Source: Tannerellaceae bacterium (GTDB lineage Bacteria; Bacteroidota; Bacteroidia; Bacteroidales; CAMTPD01). From it: a stretch of 64,000 nucleotides of DNA. The stretch is taken from positions 16,556-80,555 of the forward strand of contig JBOGCF010000007.1 in NCBI GenBank assembly GCA_051656605.1. Reading direction: 5' to 3'. Position numbers and translations under genes: made by a program. Below, one piece after another: positions 28,901-38,809 of the stretch (position 1 is its first letter; the number at the start of each line of letters is the position of its first letter). The notes under the pieces are model-generated. The model searched no databases. It was not told where the DNA came from and worked only from the letters and a program-made list of their open reading frames with translations.

Positions 28901-29061
28901 ACTTTAGCGTTAATAATGCTTTTGTAATCCATTCAAAAGATTTTAAAGGGTTTGATCCGGAAGGTAGTTCGTATGGCGGCGATCAGTGGGGGCAAAATAT
29001 GTTTTTCTTCCAGTATCCTAAACCTCGAACCTTTACCTTGGGCTTGAATATTACGTTCTAA
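25930..29061 (+). CDS. SusC/RagA TonB-dependent transporter
   Basis: LDEVVVVGYGTQ, LKDASSTAIYGARGANGVILVTTKRG, NPDLKWE, YPKPRTFTLGLNITF. Confidence 0.95.
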   Translation: MNKSRFLRSSYAQLLISNRKEILCFSSIVLLSTSPSAFALETDHLKPTSLEQTQRQKQTIKGNVKDSNGEPVIGANVKALGTTDGTITDFEGNFEIQTTPGTTLQVSYIGYQSQNVTAQAGRPLIVVLVEDTENLDEVVVVGYGTQRKSDVTGSISVATAEDILKTPAFNALDGLKGKAAGVNIFTNSGQPGGNTRVIIRGIGTINSSSNPLYVVDGVVMEEFQYLNPNDIERMEVLKDASSTAIYGARGANGVILVTTKRGNKKEGSTVSYNGYVSLSHRASSMDVMDSNQFMQAMRTSYQNANTYYGKQAELLLNDRNLFDADGNPLYNTNWQDEATRTAFSQNHQLNILHGGKNTSMGAFLNFTDEQGIMLNSWMKRINAKMAFDAKPMKWLSTGVNVLVNHTWANEAEETGGGQVARRTMIEMPPIFPVKFPDGAWSNSFSSSDEFGFEAMANPVHILETQKRNRYRTQIFGNAALTFHILPSLELRTQIGVDGHLNTTKEYSPKDLINISAPNGRAYISNNDWLYWQEETFLTYNNVFGKHRLNGVLGMSWQARTSTGNSTQSEGFPDDFFGYDNIGAGTSPSAPSSWYDKWAMNSYFLRAGYTYNDRYMATVTARVDGSSKFGKNNKYAFFPSVGLGWIISNESFMKDATWLDQLKLHTSYGVTGNSEIGVYRSLATIASGTILQNGNRQPSSYVTRLPNPDLKWEKTEQFDVGFNISMFANRVSFETSYYHKLTKDLLLDRPVPHSTGFSSVIDNIGSVKNQGLEFMLNTVNVQTKDFRWSSTINLNWNKNEVVKLGANNEDIEPGPWWVSGSQIRLSVGQPLSSFYGYERLGIWGEDEADEAAKVGAKPGEAKRSKDKKFLGKGLPDVTGSFSNKFSYKNFDFTFDLQYAWGVDILQQYMHSVEDRFGYSNGLSTILTDAWSPQNPNTMIQAIRNAPLTGQSSELDSHWVCDGSYLRANLIQLGYTFDRVTLDKIKLDALRIYFSVNNAFVIHSKDFKGFDPEGSSYGGDQWGQNMFFFQYPKPRTFTLGLNITF

Positions 29062-29078
29062 TTCTTAATTTGATTCTT

Positions 29079-30671
29079 ATGAAACTACATACTTTTTTCA
29101 AATATACCGGACTAGTTCTTCTTACTAGTTTTGTCTCATGTAATGATTTCCTAGAGGAAAAACCTAAAAGCGAAATGAACACTGACCAGTTTTTCACATC
29201 TGCTCAACATGCATATAGCGCCGTAAACTCATTATATCGTACAGGTGTTCCTGAATTCTACAACTCGGGGAGTGCATACATGGGACCTACAATTATGCTG
29301 GATGGATATTTATCAGGCTTTTTCGATAATGAATATAAAGGACAAGAAGTTGTTATATTGTATTGCCAGAATCTGAATATTACACCACAAAACTCTGCAG
29401 GTGTAATGGATGGTGTTTGGGATTTATGCTACAGAGCTATCTCGAGAGCGAACTTTGCGATAAAAAATATTGGAAAAACTCCAGGTTTAACTGAAACAGA
29501 GAAGAATCAGTTATTAGCAACTGCTCGATTCTTTAGGGCAATGAACTACTTCCATCTCGTTAAGTTTTTTGGTGATGTACCATTGATCACAGAGCCCTAT
29601 GAATCGTTAAATAATTTATATGTTGCACGTGAATCTTCTTCAAATATCTATAAATTAATTATAGAGGATCTAACATTCGCCATCAATAATGGAGAGCTAA
29701 AAGAAGAAGCTTTCACTAAAAATGGCTTCAAAATTTCTAAAGGAACTGCTCAAACGTTACTTGCCAACGTATACTTAAACTTGAGTGGCTATCCTTTGCT
29801 AGAAGATAATTATGCTAATGCAGCAGCACTTGCTCGAGAGGTTATTAAAAGTGGTAAATATGCAATGATAGTAAATGGAAACACTCCCGAAACAAGTGCC
29901 TATAATGGGATTAGGACTATAGACGACTCTAATGAGTACATCTATTCGATTGAATATGATGCTACAATAGCGAGTGCAGGTTGGAGACCGACATATTGCT
30001 TTCCAAATAAAGCTGCAACATGGGGTATATTTAAGTATTCAATTACATGTAATGCATACCGACCTGTTGATGAGTTTCTGAATATATATGATCCGAAATC
30101 AGATCTGCGTGTTCAAAATAAGCAATTTTTCCATACGTCTTTCTCTTATACAAAAAATGATAAAGAAATAACTGAGACATTCGCTCCATCACCTTATCTT
30201 TGGTACAACGAAGAGGCAATGCTTGAAACGGGAAGATCGGGCAAAGATGTTGCTGTTTATCGATACCCTGAAGTTTTATTAATTGCAGCCGAAGCTATAG
30301 CTAAAACAGAAGGTGTAACAACCGAAGCTGTTGATTATTTAGCCCAAGTAAAAGCACGAGCTTCGCTTGTAAAATCGAAAGAAGAGATTGCAAATACATT
30401 AATGACCTTAAATCCTCAAAATTTTATAGAGGAAGTCTGGAGTGAACGACTACGCGAGTTTCCATTAGAGAATAAGATCTGGTGGGATATCCAACGTACA
30501 CGCAAATACCCTAGTACAAATGCAAATAATAAAGGCTTTGTATCTTTTATTGACGTTATTGGTGCTAAAAATCCATGGGGCAGCACTTATAGTGAAACAA
30601 ATTTGTTATGGCCTATTTCTGATAACGAAATGCAACGTAATCCAAATCTAGTGCAAAACGAGGGATATTAA
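29079..30671 (+). CDS. SusD/RagB-family lipoprotein
   Basis: Lipobox FVSC, FGDVPL, YRYPEVLL, ERLREFPLE and QNEGY; start placed at ATG 29079. Confidence 0.92.
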   Translation: MKLHTFFKYTGLVLLTSFVSCNDFLEEKPKSEMNTDQFFTSAQHAYSAVNSLYRTGVPEFYNSGSAYMGPTIMLDGYLSGFFDNEYKGQEVVILYCQNLNITPQNSAGVMDGVWDLCYRAISRANFAIKNIGKTPGLTETEKNQLLATARFFRAMNYFHLVKFFGDVPLITEPYESLNNLYVARESSSNIYKLIIEDLTFAINNGELKEEAFTKNGFKISKGTAQTLLANVYLNLSGYPLLEDNYANAAALAREVIKSGKYAMIVNGNTPETSAYNGIRTIDDSNEYIYSIEYDATIASAGWRPTYCFPNKAATWGIFKYSITCNAYRPVDEFLNIYDPKSDLRVQNKQFFHTSFSYTKNDKEITETFAPSPYLWYNEEAMLETGRSGKDVAVYRYPEVLLIAAEAIAKTEGVTTEAVDYLAQVKARASLVKSKEEIANTLMTLNPQNFIEEVWSERLREFPLENKIWWDIQRTRKYPSTNANNKGFVSFIDVIGAKNPWGSTYSETNLLWPISDNEMQRNPNLVQNEGY

Positions 30672-30694
30672 TCATATATTATAGAGATACAATG

Positions 30695-30745
30695 AGGCAA
30701 TAAAACAGTCATTAAGCAATTGATGATCTGTTTTATTGCCTTTGC
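30695..30745 (+). terminator. Hairpin/terminator after susD
   Basis: aggcaataaaacag...ctgttttattgcct inverted repeat. Confidence 0.7.
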
Positions 30746-30874
30746 TATTTGTAACCATTAATCTATTACAACACAAAACATTATTTACATTTGTATATTA
30801 TAAATAATTTATAGATATTTACAGCGACCGCCTTAGTTATGGATTTTTTAGAAACCTTACTATTTAAAACCTAA

Positions 30875-33628
30875 ATGTTTAGATTTATGAAAAAATTAAA
30901 CACGCTGTTGACCTTCGTATTGACTGCGATCTGTATTTTCACCGCTTGCTCTGATGATGAAACCAAAGCTCCTCCGTTTCTGGAGATTTCGAAAGAGAGT
31001 GTTAACTTTAGACAAACTGCCAATGTCTCTGAATTGGAATTTAAGACCAATGCTGAAACTGTAGAGGCTATAGTTGGACAAGCTGGAAGCGGCTGGTGTG
31101 ATGTCTCTGTTTTACATAATGCAGACACAAAGTTATTGAAAATATCTGTTAACGAAAACTCTGAAATTGACTTACGAAGCACTGTGGTCGACATCAATGC
31201 CGGTGGGATAAAGAAATCTGTTGCCGTTTGTCAAATGGGACAACGTCCTACAATTCTTATCTCAAATAAAAATTTTACACTTTCGCACAGAGACACAACA
31301 ATCACACTAGAGGTTGTAAGTAATTGTGATTTTGAGATTGAGCACAATGCTGAATGGATCAATAAAACTGAGCTAACCAAAAGTATGGATAGCACTATGC
31401 ACTCGTTTAAGATCGATCGACATCCTGGCACAGAAATCAGAAGCCAAGAGATTATTTTTAGAGAGAAACACGATGATGCTGAAGCAAAAGTGTATATCGA
31501 GCAACAAAATCAGGAGGACTATACGGGAGGAGATCCTTCAACTATTACAAGCGATATAATGCTAACTGTAGCACGTTCTCGAACTAGTTCGTTCCAAAAC
31601 GGAGAGGGTATCGATAAATCACATGACGGAGACAAGGAGACTATTTACCACTCATCATGGAATAATGCCGTAACAAACTACTTCCCTATTACACTCGAGT
31701 ATGACTTTGATAACGAACCCTCTATTGATTATCTAATCTATTATCCAAGACAATCTGGTAGTAATGGAAACTTTAAAGAAGTAGAAATTTGGATTGCTAC
31801 TGAAGAAAATCCGACTTTTATAAAAGCTCTAGACCACGACTTTAGAGGGGTTGGAACAGCTGCTAAAATTGAATTGGGACAAAGTTACGTAAAACCGACA
31901 TCTGTTAAGTTTATCATAAAATCAGGTGCAGGTGATAATGTTGGCTTTGCAGCCTGTAGTGAAATGGAGTTCTATCGTAAAAATCCAGATGCATTTGATC
32001 CTCTTACTATCTTTACAGATGAAGTGTGTACTGAGCTACGCACTGAAGTTACGCAAGAGATGATTGATACAATATCTGCTCCGTATTTTAAGACAATGGC
32101 TCAGTATATGTTTGATGATAGATATCCAAGAGATTTTCGCATTGCTAATTATAAAGCATATCGTCATCCGGATATTATGGCAAAAGTAAATAAAACAAGT
32201 CCATATAGCCTACGTGATAATCCTACTGGTATACACTTTAAAGCTGGTGAAGAAGTTGTAATTATGATGGGAGATACTCATGGAGCAACAGTTAGCCTGC
32301 AAGTACAGAATCTTGCTGAAGGATATGGTGGTAATAATTATCCTCTTAGCAAAGGTTTGAATAAATTTACTATCACAAACGAGGGATTAGGATATATCAT
32401 GTATTTTTCAGATACCGAACAAGAAGAACCTGTAAAGATCCATATTGCAAGTGGAACGGTACAAGGGTTTTACGATCCGGAGAAACACGATCTTGCCAAA
32501 TGGAATCAAATACTGAATAATGCTACTCAGCCTTATATAGATGTACTCGGCAAGTTCTCTCATTTGACTTATCCTGTAGAAAGCTTCAAAAACTATTGTT
32601 CTGATATCAATAGATTGATCCAAGTTTATGACTCAATTGTATATATAGAGCATCAATTAATGGGTCTATATAAATATGACAAGCTATTTGATAATCGTAT
32701 GTATTTTCACGTAGTTTATGGCGACTCATATATGTACGCGACATCGTATCGTACGGCGTATCATGAAGGAACTCTCAGCGAACTGTGTGACCCTAACAAG
32801 TTGCGCACAAGCAGCATTTGGGGACCGGCACATGAGGTTGGCCATTGTAATCAAACACGACCAGGTCTAAAATGGCCAGGAATGACAGAGGTAACTAATA
32901 ATATTCACTCATTAAACGTTCAGTCAGCTTTCGGAAATTTAACCCGTCTTCAAGCAGAAGATTTAGGAGGAACACATCCAAATCGTTATCAATTGGGTTT
33001 TACAGGTATTATTGCGGCTAAACTTCCTCATAATAAACATGGTGATGTTTTTTGTAAGTTGATACCTTTCTGGCAGCTGCAACTATATTCGAAACATATA
33101 AAAAATATGCCTGATTTTTATGCTGATCTACATGAAATGGTAAGAACAAATCCAGATATAAATCAAGGTGGTGCTAACCAATTGCAGTTTGTTCGTTGGA
33201 CTTGTGATCTAATTGGTGAAGATTTGACAGAATTTTTCGAAGCTTGGGGCTTCTTAACTCCTGTTGACTTTGAAATAGATGATTATGGAAAAAGTCGATT
33301 TACTGTAACCGAATCTCAAATTTCGGAAACAAAAAATTATATTGCATCAAAAGGCTATCCAAGACCAAATCGTATTGTACAATACATGCATGATGATGCA
33401 TTGCAAGCATACATGAGTGGAGCCAATATCGGAACGGGAACCGCATCGAAGAATGGACGTACCATTACTATGACAAACTGGAGTAATGTCGCTGTATATG
33501 AAATATACAGTGGAGATGAAATGAAAATGATTTCGCACTTCAACTCTTTTACATTGCCTCAAGACTATGCAAATCTACGCATCGTAGCTGTTGGTGTGGC
33601 CGGTGATAAAATGAACGTAGCTCTGTAA
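30875..33628 (+). CDS. M60-like (enhancin/mucinase) zinc metallopeptidase lipoprotein with BACON and F5/8-type-C (CBM32-like) domains
   Basis: Lipobox FTAC; BACON-like repeats; DGDKETIYHSSW...YYPRQ...CSEMEFY discoidin motif; WGPAHEVGH zincin motif with downstream EVTNN. Confidence 0.9.
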   Translation: MFRFMKKLNTLLTFVLTAICIFTACSDDETKAPPFLEISKESVNFRQTANVSELEFKTNAETVEAIVGQAGSGWCDVSVLHNADTKLLKISVNENSEIDLRSTVVDINAGGIKKSVAVCQMGQRPTILISNKNFTLSHRDTTITLEVVSNCDFEIEHNAEWINKTELTKSMDSTMHSFKIDRHPGTEIRSQEIIFREKHDDAEAKVYIEQQNQEDYTGGDPSTITSDIMLTVARSRTSSFQNGEGIDKSHDGDKETIYHSSWNNAVTNYFPITLEYDFDNEPSIDYLIYYPRQSGSNGNFKEVEIWIATEENPTFIKALDHDFRGVGTAAKIELGQSYVKPTSVKFIIKSGAGDNVGFAACSEMEFYRKNPDAFDPLTIFTDEVCTELRTEVTQEMIDTISAPYFKTMAQYMFDDRYPRDFRIANYKAYRHPDIMAKVNKTSPYSLRDNPTGIHFKAGEEVVIMMGDTHGATVSLQVQNLAEGYGGNNYPLSKGLNKFTITNEGLGYIMYFSDTEQEEPVKIHIASGTVQGFYDPEKHDLAKWNQILNNATQPYIDVLGKFSHLTYPVESFKNYCSDINRLIQVYDSIVYIEHQLMGLYKYDKLFDNRMYFHVVYGDSYMYATSYRTAYHEGTLSELCDPNKLRTSSIWGPAHEVGHCNQTRPGLKWPGMTEVTNNIHSLNVQSAFGNLTRLQAEDLGGTHPNRYQLGFTGIIAAKLPHNKHGDVFCKLIPFWQLQLYSKHIKNMPDFYADLHEMVRTNPDINQGGANQLQFVRWTCDLIGEDLTEFFEAWGFLTPVDFEIDDYGKSRFTVTESQISETKNYIASKGYPRPNRIVQYMHDDALQAYMSGANIGTGTASKNGRTITMTNWSNVAVYEIYSGDEMKMISHFNSFTLPQDYANLRIVAVGVAGDKMNVAL

Positions 33629-33669
33629 TAATACACATGAAATAACCAAGGTGGTCCTTATTTTTTTAG

Positions 33670-33759
33670 ACAGCTACTCTTTTATTTTTTGATAGCAAAA
33701 GAGTAGCTGTTAGCTTTTAATAATAGAATAGCCCCGACCTTCTACGAAGATCGGGGCTA
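33670..33759. terminator. Two terminator hairpins between the convergent M60 and ridA genes
   Basis: acagctactctttt/aaaagagtagctgt (33670-33710) and tagccccgaccttc/gaagatcggggcta (33729-33759). Confidence 0.75.
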
Positions 33760-33780
33760 CTTGTTTGATATTTTTCTTGA

Positions 33781-34164
33781 TTATGCTTCTTTGATTGCAA
33801 TAACCTCAATTTCTACAAGACCATTTTTTGGTAATGTTTTTACTGCTACTGCAGAACGTGCAGGAAAAGTTCCTTCAAATTTAGAAGCATAAACTTCGTT
33901 CATTTCTGCAAATGTAGCCATATCAGCTAGAAATACTGTTGTTTTAACTACATCGTTGATTGAGAAACCTGCTTCTGAAAGGATAGCATTGATATTAACA
34001 AAAGCTTGCTCCGTTTGCTCTTTTACTCCACCTGCAACAAAATCACCGGTAGCCGGATCAATACCTAATTGTCCTGATGCAAATAAAGTGTTACCAACTT
34101 GTACTGCTTGGCTGTATGGTCCAATAGCAGCAGGAGCCTGAGTTGTAGAAATTGTCTTTCTCAT
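33781..34164 (-). CDS. ridA: RidA-family enamine/imine deaminase
   Basis: APAAIGPYSQA, SGQLG, PARSAVAVKTLP, VEIEVIA. Confidence 0.93.
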   Translation of the reverse strand: MRKTISTTQAPAAIGPYSQAVQVGNTLFASGQLGIDPATGDFVAGGVKEQTEQAFVNINAILSEAGFSINDVVKTTVFLADMATFAEMNEVYASKFEGTFPARSAVAVKTLPKNGLVEIEVIAIKEA

Positions 34165-34199
34165 CGTGTTTAGTGTTTTTATAGTGTTTGAAATATCGA

Positions 34200-34946
34200 T
34201 TATTTATTTTCAAGCATACGCTGACGTACTACTTCGTAGATCAAAATAGATGATGCTACCGATACGTTTAGTGAACCAATTGTTCCGAATTGAGGAATTG
34301 TTACAATTTTATCGCAAATACGGATGTTTTCCATCGATACACCTGTGTCTTCAGCACCCATTACAATAGCAATAGGTCCTTGCATACTTGCTTCAGTATA
34401 TAGCTCTGCTCCTTTTTCGCTTGCAGCTACTACTGTAAAACCACAATCTTTCAAAAAGCGAATCGATTGATTGATACTTTTTTCTTTACATACTGGCAAT
34501 ACATGTAATGCTCCGGCTGAAGTTTTTACAGCGTCAGCATTTACAGATACACTTCCTTTCGAAGGGATTACGATTGCATCTACTCCAGCACACTCACATG
34601 TACGAGCAATTGCTCCAAAGTTACGAACATCAGTGATCCCATCTAATAATACAATGAATGGATCTTTACCTTGCTCGTATACAAATGGTACGATATCTTC
34701 TAGTCTTTGGTATGTAACAGCCGATACAAACGCAATTACACCTTGGTGATTTTTACGTGTGATACAGTCTAGTCTTTCTTGTGGTACACGTTGTACCTGG
34801 ATCTCACGACCTCTTAATACTTCGAATAGTTCTTTAGATAGATCGCCTTGTAATTCACGTTTTACAAGGATTTTATCAATTTCTTTATCTGCTTGAACAG
34901 CTTCGATTACGGCACGAATACCGAAAATTATTTCGTTTTCTTTCAT
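34200..34946 (-). CDS. rlmB: 23S rRNA (guanosine-2251-2'-O)-methyltransferase
   Basis: NHQGV, LDGITDVRNFGAIART, MGAEDTG and SLNVSVA SPOUT motifs; start placed at ATG 34946. Confidence 0.9.
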   Translation of the reverse strand: MKENEIIFGIRAVIEAVQADKEIDKILVKRELQGDLSKELFEVLRGREIQVQRVPQERLDCITRKNHQGVIAFVSAVTYQRLEDIVPFVYEQGKDPFIVLLDGITDVRNFGAIARTCECAGVDAIVIPSKGSVSVNADAVKTSAGALHVLPVCKEKSINQSIRFLKDCGFTVVAASEKGAELYTEASMQGPIAIVMGAEDTGVSMENIRICDKIVTIPQFGTIGSLNVSVASSILIYEVVRQRMLENK

Positions 34947-35029
34947 ATACTTGTTTGAATATGGGTACAAAAATAGTAATTCGCGAGCAGATCCACAAAG
35001 ATACTACCACGAAGGATGAATCCGTTAAG

Positions 35030-36691
35030 TTAATTTCGCAATAACAGATCGCGAGCGTTCGCTAAAGCCGAATCTGTAAGAGCTGAGCCACTCAACATAC
35101 GAGCTAATTCCTCGACCCGTTCGTCAAAACTTAGGCGACGAATACTCGTAACGGTAGCGTCTTCACGATCTTCTTTGTACACAAAATAATGTTCTGCTCC
35201 TTTAGATGCCACCTGTGGAAGGTGAGTAATGGTAAACACTTGCATATTATATCCCAGTTCTTTCATAATATCACCCATTTTGTCGGCAACTTCACCAGAA
35301 ACTCCTGTGTCAATTTCATCAAACACAATCGTAGGCAAAGCCATTATTCCTGAGATTAAGGCTTTAATACATAGCATTAATCGGGAAATTTCACCCCCGG
35401 AAGCCGTTTGTTCTACAGGTTGCAGCGGTGCATTCTTATTCGCTGAGAATAAGAATCTAATTTGATCGAGACCATCACCTTCAGGATTTTCACGCGTTGA
35501 GAACTCTACGTTGAAGCGTGCATTCGGCATTCCTAAAATTGAAACTTTCTCAACAAGATCATTTTCAAAAGTAATTGCAGCTTCTTGTCGCAGTCTAGAG
35601 AGTTGCTGCCCTGTTTGCACAACCTGCTGATAAGCCTTTTCTTTCTTTTCTTCTACCTCTACAATTGCATCTTCATAAGAATTAATCGTTTGAAGTTGTT
35701 TTTCAAACTGATCACGAAGTTCGATCAACTGATCTGTTGATGAAACACGATGCTTTTGTTGCAAACTATTGAGTAGATTTAAGCGATCATCGACCCATTC
35801 GAGACGTTCCGGATTAAACTCAACTTCCTCTATTTGCGATTCGATCTCCGACATCAGATCTTTCAGATCAATATATGAACTTTCGAGACGACTTTCAACC
35901 TCTTCCGCTTTTGCAAAATACTTTCCAGACTGATGAGCATACCCTTTTGCAGTCTTTAGCATCGACACAATACCAGACTCATCGTTATCGAGTAATTGCA
36001 AAATTTTATATAGTGAAGCCTTTATCTCCTCAGCATGTGTCAGTTTCTCTTGTTCAGCCTCTAGCTCCTCTTGCTCACCATCAATCAAGTTTGCTTCACT
36101 TAATTGAGTGTATTGAAAATTAATATAGTCTTCTTCTTGTTTTGATTTCTCTGCTTCGTCGACAAGACGTTTGTGTTCTTTATCGAGTTTATTATACGCT
36201 TTATACTCTTGCTTGTACTTCTGCAATAAAAAGTCTGACTTTGCCACTACATCAATAACATTAAGCTGAAAATGAGTATTCCCCAGCAACAAGTTTTGAT
36301 GTTGGGAGTGAATATCGATCAACATAGTGCCTAAATCTTTCAATTGAGTTAATGACACTGGTGTATCATTGATAAACGAACGAGACTTTCCATTAGTCAT
36401 TACCTCTCGACGAATAAGACAATATTCTTTATCGTACTCAAGATCGTTATCGGTAAAGAAATCTTCGAGATGATACGACGATAGATCAAAAACGGCTTCG
36501 ATCGTGCATTTAGCAGCTCCGTGCTTGATACTTTTGACATCAGCACGCTGCCCTAATACCAAGGATAAAGCTCCAAGTATGATGGATTTACCAGCTCCGG
36601 TTTCACCTGTAATGACCGAAAGGCCATTGGTAAACTCTATTTCGAGCTGATCGATTAGCGCATAATTCTGTATATACAGAGACTTTAGCAT
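35030..36691 (-). CDS. recN: DNA repair protein RecN
   Basis: ITGETGAGKS Walker A, ASGGEISR, FDEIDTGVSG, ITHLPQVA. Confidence 0.96.
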   Translation of the reverse strand: MLKSLYIQNYALIDQLEIEFTNGLSVITGETGAGKSIILGALSLVLGQRADVKSIKHGAAKCTIEAVFDLSSYHLEDFFTDNDLEYDKEYCLIRREVMTNGKSRSFINDTPVSLTQLKDLGTMLIDIHSQHQNLLLGNTHFQLNVIDVVAKSDFLLQKYKQEYKAYNKLDKEHKRLVDEAEKSKQEEDYINFQYTQLSEANLIDGEQEELEAEQEKLTHAEEIKASLYKILQLLDNDESGIVSMLKTAKGYAHQSGKYFAKAEEVESRLESSYIDLKDLMSEIESQIEEVEFNPERLEWVDDRLNLLNSLQQKHRVSSTDQLIELRDQFEKQLQTINSYEDAIVEVEEKKEKAYQQVVQTGQQLSRLRQEAAITFENDLVEKVSILGMPNARFNVEFSTRENPEGDGLDQIRFLFSANKNAPLQPVEQTASGGEISRLMLCIKALISGIMALPTIVFDEIDTGVSGEVADKMGDIMKELGYNMQVFTITHLPQVASKGAEHYFVYKEDREDATVTSIRRLSFDERVEELARMLSGSALTDSALANARDLLLRN

Positions 36692-36694
36692 AGG

Positions 36695-37905
36695 TTACTT
36701 TTTTGCGTATAAACGTGTTTGAAGAAAATCAATGATATCTCCTGCAACTTTTTGTTTCGATTTCAATGGATACTCTTTGGCCTCTCCGCAATCTGAGATA
36801 ATGGTCACTTTATTTGTATCACACTGAAAACCTGCACCTTCTTGTTGTAGAGAATTAAGCACGATAAAATCAAGATTCTTTCGCTGCAATTTTGCTTGAG
36901 CATTTTGCAGCTCATTATTTGTTTCAAGTGCAAAACCAACTAATACCTGATCTGGGCGTTTTAGCTTTCCGAGTTCAGCTGCAATATCTTTATTGGGAAC
37001 TAAATGAAGTGTCATTTCGCCAGTCTGCTCGCGCTTAATCTTTTGCGCAGCTTCTGTCTCAGGTCTGTAATCGGCAACAGCAGCACAAAGAATGGCAGCG
37101 TCTGCATCTGGAAACTGCTCTACGCTTGCCTGATACATTTGCTCTGCACTTTCTACATTGATGCGTTTGATGGATGGATGTACTGTTTTGAGAGAAACCG
37201 GACCTGCTATTAATACGACTTCAGCTCCTCGCTCGGCACAAGCCTCGGCAAGCGCAAAACCCATCTTTCCGGAAGAGTAATTACCAATGAAGCGTACAGG
37301 ATCTATCTTTTCATAAGTTGGCCCCGCCGTTATGATTACTTTTTTTTTTTAAGAGCTTCCTCTTGAACAAAAAATGCTTCAAGTTTTGCGACAATAGTAT
37401 CAGGCTCTTCCATACGTCCTTTTCCTTGCAAATGGCTTGCTAATTCACCAAATCCAGGTTCGATAATATGGTTTCCATAGCTTTCTAAAATATCAAGATT
37501 ACGTTTTGTAGAAGGATGAGCAAACATATCAAGGTCCATTGCCGGAGCAATAAACACAGGGGCTTTACATGACATGTAACAAGTAATTAGCATATTATCA
37601 GCAATTCCATTAGCCATCTTTCCTAAAGTAGAAGCAGTAGCCGGTGCCACGACCATTGCATCAGCCCATAAACCCAAGTCGACATGGCTATGCCATGAAC
37701 CATCTGTATGCGCAAAGAACTCACTTAATACAGGGCGTCCGCTCAAGGCCGACAATGTAACTGGTGTAATGAATTCTTTACCAGACGGAGTAATTACAAC
37801 CTGTACCTCTGCTCCTTTTTTCACGAATGCTCTTACCAAATAAGCCGCTTTATATGCAGCAATACTTCCTGTTACGCCTAATATGATTTTCTTTCCTTTC
37901 AACAT
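36695..37905 (-). CDS. coaBC: Bifunctional phosphopantothenoylcysteine decarboxylase/ligase, split by a frameshift at the A11 tract 37340-37350
   Basis: CoaC part GVTGSIAAYKA...APAMDLDM...GRMEEP ends LKKKK*; the -1 frame continues KVIITAGPTYEKIDPVRFIGNYSSGKMGFALA...AAVADY...VGFALET; joined product about 403 aa. Confidence 0.9.
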
Positions 37906-38026
37906 ATTATTCTTATTTTAGTCGAAGTCACTGTTTCTTTGTGGTTATAAACTCGAATGACCTCAAAAAGTGAAAGCCCAAGCTGCTGTAAAATTAAACA
38001 ACAGCCTAAGCTTTTCGCTATATCAA

Positions 38027-38794
38027 TTACTTATTGAATTCTCTTAGTTTGATTTTTGTCAACATTTGCTTGGTATTAAGAGGGAAATCACCCTGCATCA
38101 TCCACGCATAGTATCCTGGCTCTTGTTTTAGAATATCACAAACGAGTTTACCTCTAAACTTTCCGAAATTAAAAACTTCTTCTCCTTTATCATTATAGAT
38201 CATACGACCAGCAAAGTCTACATTGTTTGTAAAACAAGAAAACTCAGACAAAAAGTTTATATCATTTTGCAATTCCGGATAACGATCCAATTGTGATTTA
38301 AGAATTTCGTAAGTTGCACGAGTATCTGCTTCTGCAGAGTGTGCGTCCTCTAACGTTCTATCACAATAAAATTTATAAGCCGCAGATAGTGTACGTTGCT
38401 CCAATTTATGAAAAATTGTTTGAACATCGACAAATTTACGTTTGCTCAAGTCAATATCTACACCTGCACGTAAAAACTCTTCTGCAAGCAACGGAATATC
38501 AAAACGGTTAGAGTTGTAACCTGCAAGATCACAACCTTCAATTTGAGTAGCCAAGGATTTTGCCAATGTTTTGAATGTCGGGCACTCTGCTACATCTTCA
38601 TCTGTAATTCCGTGTACTGCCGTTGCTTCTGCTGGAATAGGCATTTCTGGGTTTACGCGTCTTGTTTTAATCTCCTCATCACCGTTTGGATATACTTTTA
38701 GGTATGAGATCTCAACAATTCTATCTTTAGAGATATTAATCCCGGTTGTCTCCAAGTCGAAGAAGACGATTGGGTTCTTAAGGTTTAATTGCAT
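38027..38794 (-). CDS. dnaQ: DEDDh 3'-5' exonuclease (DNA polymerase III epsilon-like)
   Basis: FFDLETTG, GYNSNRFD, AHSAEAD; lies directly downstream of dnaN. Confidence 0.85.
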   Translation of the reverse strand: MQLNLKNPIVFFDLETTGINISKDRIVEISYLKVYPNGDEEIKTRRVNPEMPIPAEATAVHGITDEDVAECPTFKTLAKSLATQIEGCDLAGYNSNRFDIPLLAEEFLRAGVDIDLSKRKFVDVQTIFHKLEQRTLSAAYKFYCDRTLEDAHSAEADTRATYEILKSQLDRYPELQNDINFLSEFSCFTNNVDFAGRMIYNDKGEEVFNFGKFRGKLVCDILKQEPGYYAWMMQGDFPLNTKQMLTKIKLREFNK

Positions 38795-38809
38795 TTGTAA
38801 AGAGAAAAA

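Noticed and set aside
36695-37264. Independent coaB gene starting at ATG 37264
   Set aside because: It would lack the conserved ITAGPT.E.IDPVRFIGN.SSGK segment encoded immediately upstream in the same frame.
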